Below, one piece after another: positions 1 through 9,700 of a stretch of 64,000 bases of DNA. The stretch covers positions 47,101 through 111,100 of the IMG/VR virus record IMGVR_UViG_3300027798_000020; one strand, 5' to 3'. A program made the position numbers and the translations under genes. The stretch's first letter is position 1. Each line of letters opens with the position of its first letter. Under the pieces are notes generated by a model that ran no database searches, was not told the origin of the DNA, and was given only the letters and a program-made list of their open reading frames with translations. The stretch is from a virus.

Positions 1-137
1 AATGGATTCAATCAATGAAAGATATATTAGAACATAACTATCAAATACTCAACCAACGAGAAACACAAGTTCCGGCTGCTCACGTAGAACTGTTTAACTA
101 TTACAATAACTACTTTAATATATGTATAACAGAATGA
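1..137 (+). CDS. 3' end of a hypothetical protein (truncated by window start)
   Basis: Open frame from nt 3 (WIQSMKDILEHNYQ...CITE) ending TGA at 135-137, overlapping the next ORF start. Confidence 0.55.
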   Translation, partial: WIQSMKDILEHNYQILNQRETQVPAAHVELFNYYNNYFNICITE

Positions 138-985
138 TTCCGACTATTGTGCCCGGAGCAAAGATTGTAATAGGCTTGGGTGATAGTTTTACACAGGGTG
201 TAGGCAGTTGGCCTAAAGAAGTTTGGGATCGATACAACGGTCAAATTGATACGCTGAAAATCCCATTAGAAATCTTTGATCAAATGTACGATAACAGTTG
301 GGTTCAACAGTTGTGCAACAATCATATGACAGATTGGACTCCAATTAACTTAGGATGTTTAGGCACTGGCAACAGAAGTGCAGTAAAGAATTTGTATCTA
401 CATCCTAAAATTAAATTTGAAAATGCTTCTAGCGGCGTTGTTATACTGATGCTTAGTGGCATGGAACGATTTGATTTTGTTAATAAAGATTTTCCAGAGC
501 ACAATCATTTTTATACTATGTGGCCAAACCCGTGGGATAAAAACTCTACAAATAAAAAATTATGGGAAGCATATGCTGAATCTTTATGGAGTGAAAAATT
601 TATCTGTGTAGAGACATTATTAAACATTCGAGAAGCAGAAATGTTTTGTAAGGCACACGGATTTCATTTAATTGTTGGCAGTGCATTTGACGTTAGAATA
701 ACTAAAGATTATTTTGTTAAACACCTAGGGAACAGTCATCTTGAGTTGATTAATTCAATCCCATGGGGATCATTTTGCCAACCGGGCGGGGTTAGAAGCT
801 TTATGGAGATGCTACTAATTATGGAAGGGCGTCCAGATTTGGTTGCAGGAGGATTTTATGATTATTGTCATAAGCTCAAAGGACCAACCGATTTTGTTAC
901 ACCCTGCGCCCACCCTAGCCAAAATGGCTACGCTGTAATGGCTAGCCAATTACACGAATATATCGTGTCCAAAAAGATAATTTAA
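122..985 (+). CDS. SGNH/GDSL hydrolase-like protein
   Basis: GDSFTQG block I, INLGCLGTGN block II and C-terminal HPSQNGY motif. Confidence 0.6.
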   Translation: MYNRMIPTIVPGAKIVIGLGDSFTQGVGSWPKEVWDRYNGQIDTLKIPLEIFDQMYDNSWVQQLCNNHMTDWTPINLGCLGTGNRSAVKNLYLHPKIKFENASSGVVILMLSGMERFDFVNKDFPEHNHFYTMWPNPWDKNSTNKKLWEAYAESLWSEKFICVETLLNIREAEMFCKAHGFHLIVGSAFDVRITKDYFVKHLGNSHLELINSIPWGSFCQPGGVRSFMEMLLIMEGRPDLVAGGFYDYCHKLKGPTDFVTPCAHPSQNGYAVMASQLHEYIVSKKII

Positions 986-988
986 GTA

Positions 989-1017
989 TTGACAGCACCC
1001 AAGTTTGGTGCTATAAT
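989..1017 (+). promoter_or_regulatory. sigma70-type early promoter
   Basis: TTGACA(989)-17 bp-TATAAT(1012) with extended TG; SD AGGAG before ATG 1049. Confidence 0.85.
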
Positions 1018-1048
1018 ATACATATCGTTAAACAAATAGGAGCTTGAA

Positions 1049-2254
1049 ATGGCGAAAACCGCAACCAAAACTCGTGTAACTAAAAAGCAAGTCATTGCCC
1101 ATCGTACTCGCGTAATCAAGGACACTAGTCCAACTTGGGAAGGTTGTGAGTCTTGGGACAGTGACAAGTTCCACAAGCACTTTCGAAACTCTATGGACTA
1201 CTATCGTCTCGAGTCCGAAATTAAAACTTACAAACCTGTAGTTGTACGTTGGATGGAAAGTGTCGGTTGCACTAAAGCAGACATTTCAGCATTTAAGAAA
1301 GTCAAAGACAGTCGTGTTGGCACTACTATGGGCGCAGTGGCGGCGTGTTTGAACCGAGGTATGCAAGCCCAACGTCCTGATTTTAATCAAGGTCGAGACA
1401 GTGCCGCTTGGTTGCGGGCAGAAATTGTCAAAGTAATCAATGACGGCAAAGACGATATTGACCCTGAGGTAGCTGCCGCCGAAAAAGAATCAGCTAAGGT
1501 AGACGTATACACTCCTACAATCCAAGAACGAGTACGAGACGCCGCGTATGCAATGACTGAAGAAATAGAAGATGCGTATCAAGCCTTCCAAGTTGATCCT
1601 GAAAACTTTGATCCTAAAGCATTTAAGATGCTTAACCTGCTTAAAGGAAAAGGTGCTAAGGCAGCTCATGCACGTATCATTCGTGACTTCTACGCTCGCG
1701 ACCTTGCAGAGTTAAATGAGTTGGCTAGTGGGGAGGCTGACGAGCAACTCAAAGAAGGTTACAAGCATCGTAGTCGTAAGCAGATTAAAAACTTTATTGC
1801 CTTCCTGCAAGAAATTGAATCAGCTTGCAATATGCTAATGCAAGAAGCCAAGGTCAATCGTGCTCCACGTAAGACCAAAGCAGTTAGCAAGGATAAACTT
1901 GTTGCTAAACTCAAGTACATGAAGACTAATGAGCCTTTGAAACTTGTAAGTGTCAGCCCTACTGACATTATTGGCGCTAGCGAACTGTGGATCTTTAACA
2001 CTAAGACTCGTAAATTAGGTCGGTATGTTGCGGCCGAGTTCAATACCCTAGGCGTTAAAGGCACTAGTATCACAGGGTTTGATGAGTTTAAAAGCGTACA
2101 AAAGACCCTGCGTAAGCCCGAAGAAAAGCTCAAAGAGTTTAAAGCGGCTAACAAAGTAGCTCTGCGTAAGTTCTTAGACGAAATCAACGCTACAGATACT
2201 AAAATGAACGGTCGTATTAACGAAGAAACTGTTCTACTTAAAGTATCAAGTTAA
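1049..2254 (+). CDS. Hypothetical phage protein, basic, early-expressed
   Basis: 401-aa ORF with consensus promoter and SD; no motif recognised. Confidence 0.8.
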   Translation: MAKTATKTRVTKKQVIAHRTRVIKDTSPTWEGCESWDSDKFHKHFRNSMDYYRLESEIKTYKPVVVRWMESVGCTKADISAFKKVKDSRVGTTMGAVAACLNRGMQAQRPDFNQGRDSAAWLRAEIVKVINDGKDDIDPEVAAAEKESAKVDVYTPTIQERVRDAAYAMTEEIEDAYQAFQVDPENFDPKAFKMLNLLKGKGAKAAHARIIRDFYARDLAELNELASGEADEQLKEGYKHRSRKQIKNFIAFLQEIESACNMLMQEAKVNRAPRKTKAVSKDKLVAKLKYMKTNEPLKLVSVSPTDIIGASELWIFNTKTRKLGRYVAAEFNTLGVKGTSITGFDEFKSVQKTLRKPEEKLKEFKAANKVALRKFLDEINATDTKMNGRINEETVLLKVSS

Positions 2255-2297
2255 CATGGTAAGCCATAGATAAATACTCGAAAGAGACTTTTTATCT

Positions 2298-3596
2298 ATG
2301 GCTAACTACACCGCAAACTCAGAAAATAATTTAGAAGGTCAGGGCCTTGAATGGACTGATGGCAAAACTTCTACCTCATTAATTTACAAAGTTGGAAATC
2401 GACTACACCTTAATGGTAGTTTAGACCTCGATGCATCTAAAGCATTTAAGATTAATAATGCAGATGTACTAACAGCTAAAGAGTTAGGGCCCGGAGTTAT
2501 CCGCAGTAGTCTTAGACAAGTAGGTAATTTACGATCATTAATTGTAAACGGCGATACAAACCTTGGTGAATTTGCTACATTCAACAGCGCACTCAATCGC
2601 TTAGGCATTAATACTGATCGCCCTAACGCTACCCTTTCCGTACTAGAAAACAACGTAGAAATCGCCTTAGGCGCACCCGTTGACGGTAGAGCACAAATTG
2701 GTACGTTTACTAATCACGATCTTGATCTAATAACAGATAACACTGCACGAGTAACAATCACAAGTGACGGTGAAGTTGTAATTGGGCACGAGCGGTTTAA
2801 CAACGGCATTTTACGAGTAAATGGTACAATATTTGCTAAAAATATTATTACCGACGATAAAGATGGTCGTGCTAATTCTGTTGTATTTTCACAGCCAGGC
2901 GATGTATCTGTGTTTGGTGTTGGGTTAGCGTGGAGAGCAAAAGATCTTACTCGTCAATTGATTTTAAGAAACGGTCCTGAAAGACTTTGGAGTTCAGAAA
3001 GTTTTGATCTAGGCGAAGGCAAGTCATACTATCTTAACGGAGAACTAGCAATATCACCGAGAGCAATTGGTCCTAATATTAGCCAGTCTAACCTAACTAC
3101 ATTGGGCACACTTGAGAATTTAAGTGTAGGCGGTGCGTCTAGATTCATGGGCGATATTAAAGCTGAATTTATGACGTTGAAGGCTGTAACTATAAACCAC
3201 GCCGGAATACTAACCGTTAACAATGACGGTATCAGAACATCAAAAGACTTTAAAGTAACAGTAGACGGCTTAGAAGACGTTAAGGTAGGCAGTCAAGAAA
3301 TTGTTATTGGACATAATCAAAATGTCAACAGGCCACTTAAACTATTTGGTAAAGTTTCAATTGGTGTTAACAGTCCAGATACATCTGTCGACTTAGAAGT
3401 GAAAGGGCCAGTTAGTTTAAATGGTAAGAAGTTTATTTCTGCTAGCGAGCATCCAAGTATTGGAATTTATACCAAAGGTGACGTTTGCTGGAATGCTGAA
3501 CCACACGATGGTAACTATGTAGGTTGGATCTGTGTAGTTTCGGGCAATCCCGGAACTTGGTTGCCATTTGGTGCAATTGGTCGCCACAATAGTTGA
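2298..3596 (+). CDS. Probable virion structural / tail fibre-like protein
   Basis: Late promoter GATAAATA at 2269-2276; beta-rich repeats (SSLRQVGNL, SNLTTLGTL, LGINTDRP); C-terminal KGDVCWNAEP...GWICVVSGNPGTW fibre-type motif. Confidence 0.6.
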   Translation: MANYTANSENNLEGQGLEWTDGKTSTSLIYKVGNRLHLNGSLDLDASKAFKINNADVLTAKELGPGVIRSSLRQVGNLRSLIVNGDTNLGEFATFNSALNRLGINTDRPNATLSVLENNVEIALGAPVDGRAQIGTFTNHDLDLITDNTARVTITSDGEVVIGHERFNNGILRVNGTIFAKNIITDDKDGRANSVVFSQPGDVSVFGVGLAWRAKDLTRQLILRNGPERLWSSESFDLGEGKSYYLNGELAISPRAIGPNISQSNLTTLGTLENLSVGGASRFMGDIKAEFMTLKAVTINHAGILTVNNDGIRTSKDFKVTVDGLEDVKVGSQEIVIGHNQNVNRPLKLFGKVSIGVNSPDTSVDLEVKGPVSLNGKKFISASEHPSIGIYTKGDVCWNAEPHDGNYVGWICVVSGNPGTWLPFGAIGRHNS

Positions 3597-3620
3597 CATT
3601 GTTCCTTAAGACTGTATAAT
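3593..3620 (+). promoter_or_regulatory. sigma70-type promoter for queD operon
   Basis: TTGACA(3593)-16 bp-TATAAT(3615). Confidence 0.75.
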
Positions 3621-3707
3621 TACATATAGCGGACTTTTAACGTCATTCATCCCGCTTTATAAACTCTGCATGTCGTCAAACTTGCTACCTTACAAAGGAG
3701 ACTAGAG

Positions 3708-4214
3708 ATGGCAAATCTACAACCCGTACAATACAAGTACACATCAACTAAAGAATATCACGACTCATTCCCATGCGCCTACAGGCAATGGCGAGCTGAT
3801 AGTCACTGTAATCTGATTCACGGTTACAGTTTTAACATGAAGTTCTACTTTGGAACTAACGACCTAGATGCTCGTAATTGGGCCGCTGACTACGGAGGTC
3901 TTAAAGAACTCAAAGGTATATTAGAAAGTCAATTTGATCATACCCTGTTAGTAGCAGAGGACGATCCCGAGTTAGACTTTTATAAGGAAATGGAAAAGCG
4001 TAAGTTGGCTAAACTTACTATTCTTCCTAGGCTAGGTTGCGAAGGCCTAGCTGATCAACTGTACAAGTATGTCAATGGTGTTTATATTCCAGACATGTGG
4101 GGCGACGGCGAAAGCAAACGTCTTTGGTGCTATCGCGTAGAAGTGCGTGAAACTCAAAGTAATATGGCCTATCGTGAAGGTCACCGTGAATGGAATGAAG
4201 ATTTATTTGCATAA
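3708..4214 (+). CDS. queD: 6-carboxytetrahydropterin synthase (PTPS/QueD, T-fold)
   Basis: HCNLIHGYSF motif, DYGGLKELK..LESQFDHTLL, GCEGLA, terminal VEVRET. Confidence 0.85.
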   Translation: MANLQPVQYKYTSTKEYHDSFPCAYRQWRADSHCNLIHGYSFNMKFYFGTNDLDARNWAADYGGLKELKGILESQFDHTLLVAEDDPELDFYKEMEKRKLAKLTILPRLGCEGLADQLYKYVNGVYIPDMWGDGESKRLWCYRVEVRETQSNMAYREGHREWNEDLFA

Positions 4215-4365
4215 ACTTTGGCGGATTTGGGCTAAAGCATTAGGAGAAAAATCAGGCAGTTCGGACGCGGAAGCGGACCGAATTGCTTGCATTAGGACGT
4301 TAATTGTGTTAACATACGTTATTACAAACTTTTTTATAATCGCAGGCGTTATAAGGCATTGGTAA
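4195..4365 (+). CDS. Small membrane protein
   Basis: LWRIWAKALGEK then one hydrophobic helix; coupled to neighbours; start chosen at internal ATG. Confidence 0.6.
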   Translation: MKIYLHKLWRIWAKALGEKSGSSDAEADRIACIRTLIVLTYVITNFFIIAGVIRHW

Positions 4366-4778
4366 TGACAATTGGATTTACTTGTTCAACTTTTGATTTG
4401 TTTCATGCAGGGCATATTATGATGCTTAAAGAAGCAAAAGAACAATGTGAATATCTAATTGTAGGGCTTCAGACAGACCCCACGCTAGACCGTGCTAGTA
4501 AAAATAAACCCGTACAGGGTGTATTTGAACGTTATGTACAGCTAAAAGCATGTGTATATGTCGATGAAGTTGTGGTATACGCTACAGAAAAAGAACTTAG
4601 AGACATACTGCTTTCTTATAAAATTGATGTAAGAATTTTAGGCGAAGAATATCAAGGCAAGGATTTCACAGGACATGACATTCCTATGAAATTTTATTTT
4701 AATCAACGTAGGCATAGCTTTTCAACATCCGAACTAAGACAACGGGTAATGGAAGCAGAGAGAAACAAAAATGGGTAA
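4365..4778 (+). CDS. Cytidylyltransferase (TagD/glycerol-3-phosphate CT-like)
   Basis: FDLFHAGH (HxGH), LIVGLQTD, YVDEV, RRHSFSTSELR. Confidence 0.85.
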   Translation: MTIGFTCSTFDLFHAGHIMMLKEAKEQCEYLIVGLQTDPTLDRASKNKPVQGVFERYVQLKACVYVDEVVVYATEKELRDILLSYKIDVRILGEEYQGKDFTGHDIPMKFYFNQRRHSFSTSELRQRVMEAERNKNG

Positions 4779-5793
4779 AATAGGCTTCGCATGTAAATGG
4801 ATCGATACACCTAATCAGATAAATGGTATTAAACCTACTGATGACTGTAAAAAGTACAACACTAGTTCAACTACTGTGGCATGGCTTAATCGACAATCTA
4901 AAGAAGTAGCTGAGACCAAACTATGGGATTTGATGAAACAAAACATCGAATCAACAAGATTACTTGTAGAAAAAGTAGGTACATTAGATGAATCTCTCCG
5001 AATGGTTCGTATTAGCAGTGACCTTCTTCCTGTGTACACCCAACGCGATTATAGCTATTTTTGGTGCTTATCAGACGTTCGTGCTTATGCGGAAAAGCAC
5101 TTTGCCCAGGTCGGCGCTTTGGCTCGCGCTCGTAACGTTCGTTTGTCATTTCATCCTGGTCAGTTTACTGTGCTGGCTAGCGATAATCCAGATATTGTAA
5201 ATAGAAGTATAGAGGAATTTGAATATCATGCAGATATGGCCAGGTGGATGGGATTCGGTAAGCAATTTCAGGACTTTAAAATTAATGTCCACATATCGGG
5301 TAGATGCGGCCCCGACGGTATCAAAGCAGTTATCCCAAGACTCAGCCCCGAAGCAAGAAACTGCATCACGATCGAAAACGACGAAAACTGTTGGGGCATC
5401 GAAAGTAGCATTGAGCTTGCCAAGCACTGCGCCCTCGTGCTTGACGTACACCATCACTGGGTCCGTACAGGAGACTATATTCAGCCAACCGACGATAGAG
5501 TTTTACGCATAATTGAAAGTTGGCGCGGTGTTCGACCTGTCATGCATTACTCTATTAGTCGTGAAGAATGGTTATCAGGACATTGCGACAACACTTTACC
5601 AGACTACGCAACTTTGTTAGAAGCTGGACATAAAAAACAAAAACTCAGAGCTCATTCAAACTTCTTTTGGAATAAGGCAGTAAATGAGTGGGCTCTAAGT
5701 TTTACAGAAACACACGATATCATGTGTGAATCTAAAGGCAAAAATATTGCAAGTTTTGCCTTGTATGAACAAGCTAAATTATTAGGCTTGTGA
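4771..5793 (+). CDS. uvsE: UV DNA damage endonuclease
   Basis: IGFACK, RISSD, RLSFHPGQF, INVH, IENDE, LDVHHH, MHYS, RAHS, MCESK motifs. Confidence 0.9.
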   Translation: MGKIGFACKWIDTPNQINGIKPTDDCKKYNTSSTTVAWLNRQSKEVAETKLWDLMKQNIESTRLLVEKVGTLDESLRMVRISSDLLPVYTQRDYSYFWCLSDVRAYAEKHFAQVGALARARNVRLSFHPGQFTVLASDNPDIVNRSIEEFEYHADMARWMGFGKQFQDFKINVHISGRCGPDGIKAVIPRLSPEARNCITIENDENCWGIESSIELAKHCALVLDVHHHWVRTGDYIQPTDDRVLRIIESWRGVRPVMHYSISREEWLSGHCDNTLPDYATLLEAGHKKQKLRAHSNFFWNKAVNEWALSFTETHDIMCESKGKNIASFALYEQAKLLGL

Positions 5794-6048
5794 TTTAGGT
5801 TTTCGAGGCGGTCTTTTAGCTCCAGTTGCTTTTTTGGCGGCTGGAGCTTTCTTTTTGGCTGCTGGCTTAGGCGCCGCTGCCGGAGCAATATCAGCATAGG
5901 CAACCGGTGTTAACTCTACAGTTGCTGGCTTAACATCCTCGTACTTAAAAGTTGTCTCAGCATTATTTGTAGCTTCTACTTTATACGGTACTTCTGGGGC
6001 TGCTTCTGGCTTTTTGCCTGTAAAGAATTCTGCAATTTTCTTGAACAT
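5782..6048 (-). CDS. Small protein with Lys/Ala/Pro-rich (histone H1-like) tail
   Basis: AAAPKPAAKKKAPAAKK tail; SD AAGGAGG and TATAAATA late promoter (6071-6078, minus strand) upstream. Confidence 0.7.
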   Translation of the reverse strand: MFKKIAEFFTGKKPEAAPEVPYKVEATNNAETTFKYEDVKPATVELTPVAYADIAPAAAPKPAAKKKAPAAKKATGAKRPPRKPKSQA

Positions 6049-6073
6049 TCTATGTTCCTCCTTGGAGTTTTAT

Positions 6074-6361
6074 TTATATATGGCTGATGTCAATTAGACT
6101 TGATGCAGGCAGATCCCATACCTTTTTACGATCCTTGCCACGCTTCTGAGCAAATCGTTTAGCATCACAATTTGAACACACATGAAAGTAATTGTTGCTC
6201 AATCGTTTAGAATCTATTTGCCCTTTATCTCGATTAAAGACTTCGCTACAACTATCACATCGAAAAACTACAATTGTTTTTTGTCGAGTATAGGTGTGCC
6301 CTAAACCTAATTTACTAGGTCTAGTATGTGTAGTCTGTTGATATTCTAAACGTAGGAACAT
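6074..6361 (-). CDS. Small Zn-binding protein (CxxC...CxxC)
   Basis: CDSC and CSNC pairs; start reassigned to ATG 6361, just after minus-strand TAAATA (6367-6372). Confidence 0.65.
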   Translation of the reverse strand: MFLRLEYQQTTHTRPSKLGLGHTYTRQKTIVVFRCDSCSEVFNRDKGQIDSKRLSNNYFHVCSNCDAKRFAQKRGKDRKKVWDLPASSLIDISHI

Positions 6362-6416
6362 ACAACTATTTACATTAAGGTTATAAAATACTATTGATAA
6401 ATATCTCATAGGACCT

Positions 6417-6743
6417 ATGATGATTACAATTTCACCGTCTGCTTCAGTAAAAATACAAGACATTTTGTCTGAAGAAAACAATCTTGAAGTAAGTTTAAGA
6501 GTGTATGTGCAAGGCGGCGGGTGTTCAGGATTCAGCTACGGATTTACGCTAGACGGCGAAAAAGGCGAAGATGACTTTGAAATACCCCTTGGAAGATGGA
6601 AAGTTTTAGTCGATTCCATGAGTTTACAATATCTGCAAGGTGCAGAAGTTGATTACATAGAGGAATTGTCAGGGTCACAATTTACAATTAAAAACCCAAA
6701 CGCAACAACAACTTGCGGGTGCGGATCAAGCTTCGGAGTTTAA
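6417..6743 (+). CDS. erpA: A-type Fe-S carrier (IscA/ErpA/HesB family)
   Basis: [15 protein letters not shown] and [14 protein letters not shown] signatures. Confidence 0.9.
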   Translation: MMITISPSASVKIQDILSEENNLEVSLRVYVQGGGCSGFSYGFTLDGEKGEDDFEIPLGRWKVLVDSMSLQYLQGAEVDYIEELSGSQFTIKNPNATTTCGCGSSFGV

Positions 6744-6746
6744 AAT

Positions 6747-9700
6747 ATGGCACGTCAAGAAATCGACATTGGTGTACAAGGTAATGATGGTACCGGTGAT
6801 AGTATTAGAGAATCGTTTAGAAAAGTTAATGAAAACTTTAACGAAATTTATGCTATATTTGGTGCTGGTGGTGCAATTAGTTTAACAAATTTATCAGATG
6901 CACAATCATTACGCTTTATAGACGGTGAAGGTTATGTAGCAGATTACGGTCAGAATCGTCTTATTATTTCTAAAACGGACGGCAGTGGCTTAGCAGCCAA
7001 AACACTGATTGCTGGCGAAGGTATCAGTATTGATGTGACTGACCCGGATAAGGTAACCATTACCAATGCCCTGTCAACAACAGCTAGCGATCCTGCTCCA
7101 AAACTTGGTGGACCGTTAAACTCAAATCAATTTCCAATTGGTAAGGTTCCAGATCCAAGTTCTGATCTAGTAGCATCTTTTAATGCGGTTCACGGACCTC
7201 GAGGAGTAACTACTACCCTAGACGAACTAGCAATTAGCAAAGGCTATGCAGATAGAAACTATGTAAAAAGCCAAGGCGGACTTATTGGTGATGCTCTCCG
7301 TGTTAGAGACGAACCATTAGTTCCCCAAATTGAAGAAGACGATTATGATCCAACCCTAACCAGCAACTATGTAGCTAATGAAACACTACCTCGTAAAAAT
7401 GTAGTGTTTAGGGGCGGTGACTCAATGACTGGGCCGCTGATCCTTAATGACCACCCAGGCGCTATTGCAGGCATTGGATCACCCAACGGAGCCGACGATT
7501 TACAGGCCGCAACCAAATATTATGTTGACAATTCAACATATTCTAGCGCCATTAACTTGTTTGTTACTACTAAAGGTGACGACACTCAGGCATTAACTCC
7601 AAGAGGCAAAGAAGGCCGTTTTTGGAATTATGCTTATAAATCTGTTGGGGCTGCCTGTTTGGCAGCTGAAGGATTAATTACAATCAGTCAAACAGAACCT
7701 GGTCCGTATCGTCAACGTATTGCCTACACACAAGGTCCTGATCAAACATTTTCACTTGTTACTAATGTAACACTAAGTGGTGGTAACAGTGGAGATACCG
7801 GATATGTTAATGCGTTTGACCTGTTGCGTGTTAATAAAGAATTTATTCAATACGAAACTATTGCCTACATCAACAACAAATACGTAAACACATTTACATT
7901 TGACAAAGCAAAGTGCAGTCGTGACGTTGGTCTAATGATCGATGCAGTTACCCTTGACCTAGTACTAGGTACAACTTATAATACTGTATTGGCTGCAACT
8001 AGATATTATGACGAATCCAGTTCTAAAGTATTAAGCGACCAATTAATTCAAACGGTCGACGCTATTAGATTTGTAAGAGACTCAATCTTAAATTTCTCGT
8101 ACAGTAATACTATTTTAAGCGCCTATATTGGAGATGTTATTGATGCGCTGTGTTTTGATGTTGTTTATCAAAGCAATTTTAGATCTATTAGAATGGCTGA
8201 GAAATTTCCAAGTGCAGAAACTGGCATTGAATTTGAACAGCTAATCGGAGTACTAACTGATCTAAAAGAAAGTATTTTAGGTCTAAGTCAAGTAGTTGCT
8301 GTACCAATTGCCGTTGATATTATCAATGATAATATTAATTTAATGATTGCACTAATCCAGGGCGACGAAGCGCCGACACCTACATTACCAAGTGTACTTG
8401 GAGTCACTAAAGGATCAAATTCAGATAGTCGAGAACTATTGCTTAACAATATTGATTTTATTCAGTCAGAAATTATTGCATTCTTAACTGCTGAATACCC
8501 GGGTCTACAATACAGTAAAGAGACTTGTAAGCGTGATGTACGTTTAATGATTGAAGCTGTTATCTATGATCTATTATACGGAAATAATACAACTGGTGTA
8601 AACGTTGCCAGCGTATACGCAGGCCAACGCTATTGGGTAGGAACACAGCGTCAGATTGCGGCACCTGAATTAGTACCAACATTGGCTGCTGTAGAATATA
8701 TCAACACGTTAGCACAGTCTATTGTACAAAATCAAACGCCGGCTGTGGTTTATCAAACCACTACCAAACAGTATAGAAATCAAACGTTTTCACGAGTAAG
8801 TGGTGTTGGTGCAGATGCAGTGGCCACAAGAACACGCATCACAGAACTGATAACAATTATCAAAGGTCTAGTAGAAGTTAACGTACCGCCGGCAATTGTT
8901 GAAGTTGATGTTAGCAACACCAGCGGCACATCAAGTGCGCTAAGAGGCGTTCGTACTGCAATTTTAGGTACCGGCGGTAATGCTAATAGAACTGCACTAC
9001 GGAATGCGGCAGTTGCCTATGTTAACGAAAATTATCCCGTAATTAACAATGCGCTGGCACTGCAAACGATCAACAGTAATTTCCAAATCATCATTGATCT
9101 ATTAGAAATTGGAATATCGTCAAGACCCGAAGTTACTTATATTAGTCCAGAAAGTTTAGGCGGTGGTGTAACTAGTGCTAGAGAGTTAATGTTAGAAAAT
9201 ATTTCTTTCATACAAGAAGAAACTATTGGTTGGATTAATACTAACTTTCCAGATTTAATCTATAATCAGAATACTTGCAAACGAGATTTAAAATACATTA
9301 TTGAAGCAGTTGCATATGATATTACCTACGGTGGTAACTCGGCTAGTGTATTTGCCGGTGAATTATATTGGATAAATGCAGTCTCACAAGTTGTTGGTCA
9401 GATAACACAGACCATAGAAGGTATTAACTATGCTCAACAAATTATTGGGCAAGTTATTTCAAACGTTAATATTTTGCAAAGTTATCAGTCGCCTCCGTTC
9501 CAAGTTCCACAATTTATTGATTTAGATTTAGAAGACGGGATCGATGCAACTGTAGAAATTAATAGTCTGTTTACAGCTATCAAAGATTTAATTGCAAGCG
9601 AAAGTCTTACTATCGACAGTCAATACCCTGCACTTGATACTGGTGATTACTCTGAAGCATATCTTGCTATTAGACAAACTATTCAAAATGAAAAATCAGT

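Noticed and set aside
994-1012. CIRCE-like inverted repeat (AGCACC...GGTGCT)
   Set aside because: Arms and spacing do not match TTAGCACTC-N9-GAGTGCTAA and the downstream gene is not a chaperone; kept only as a generic palindrome
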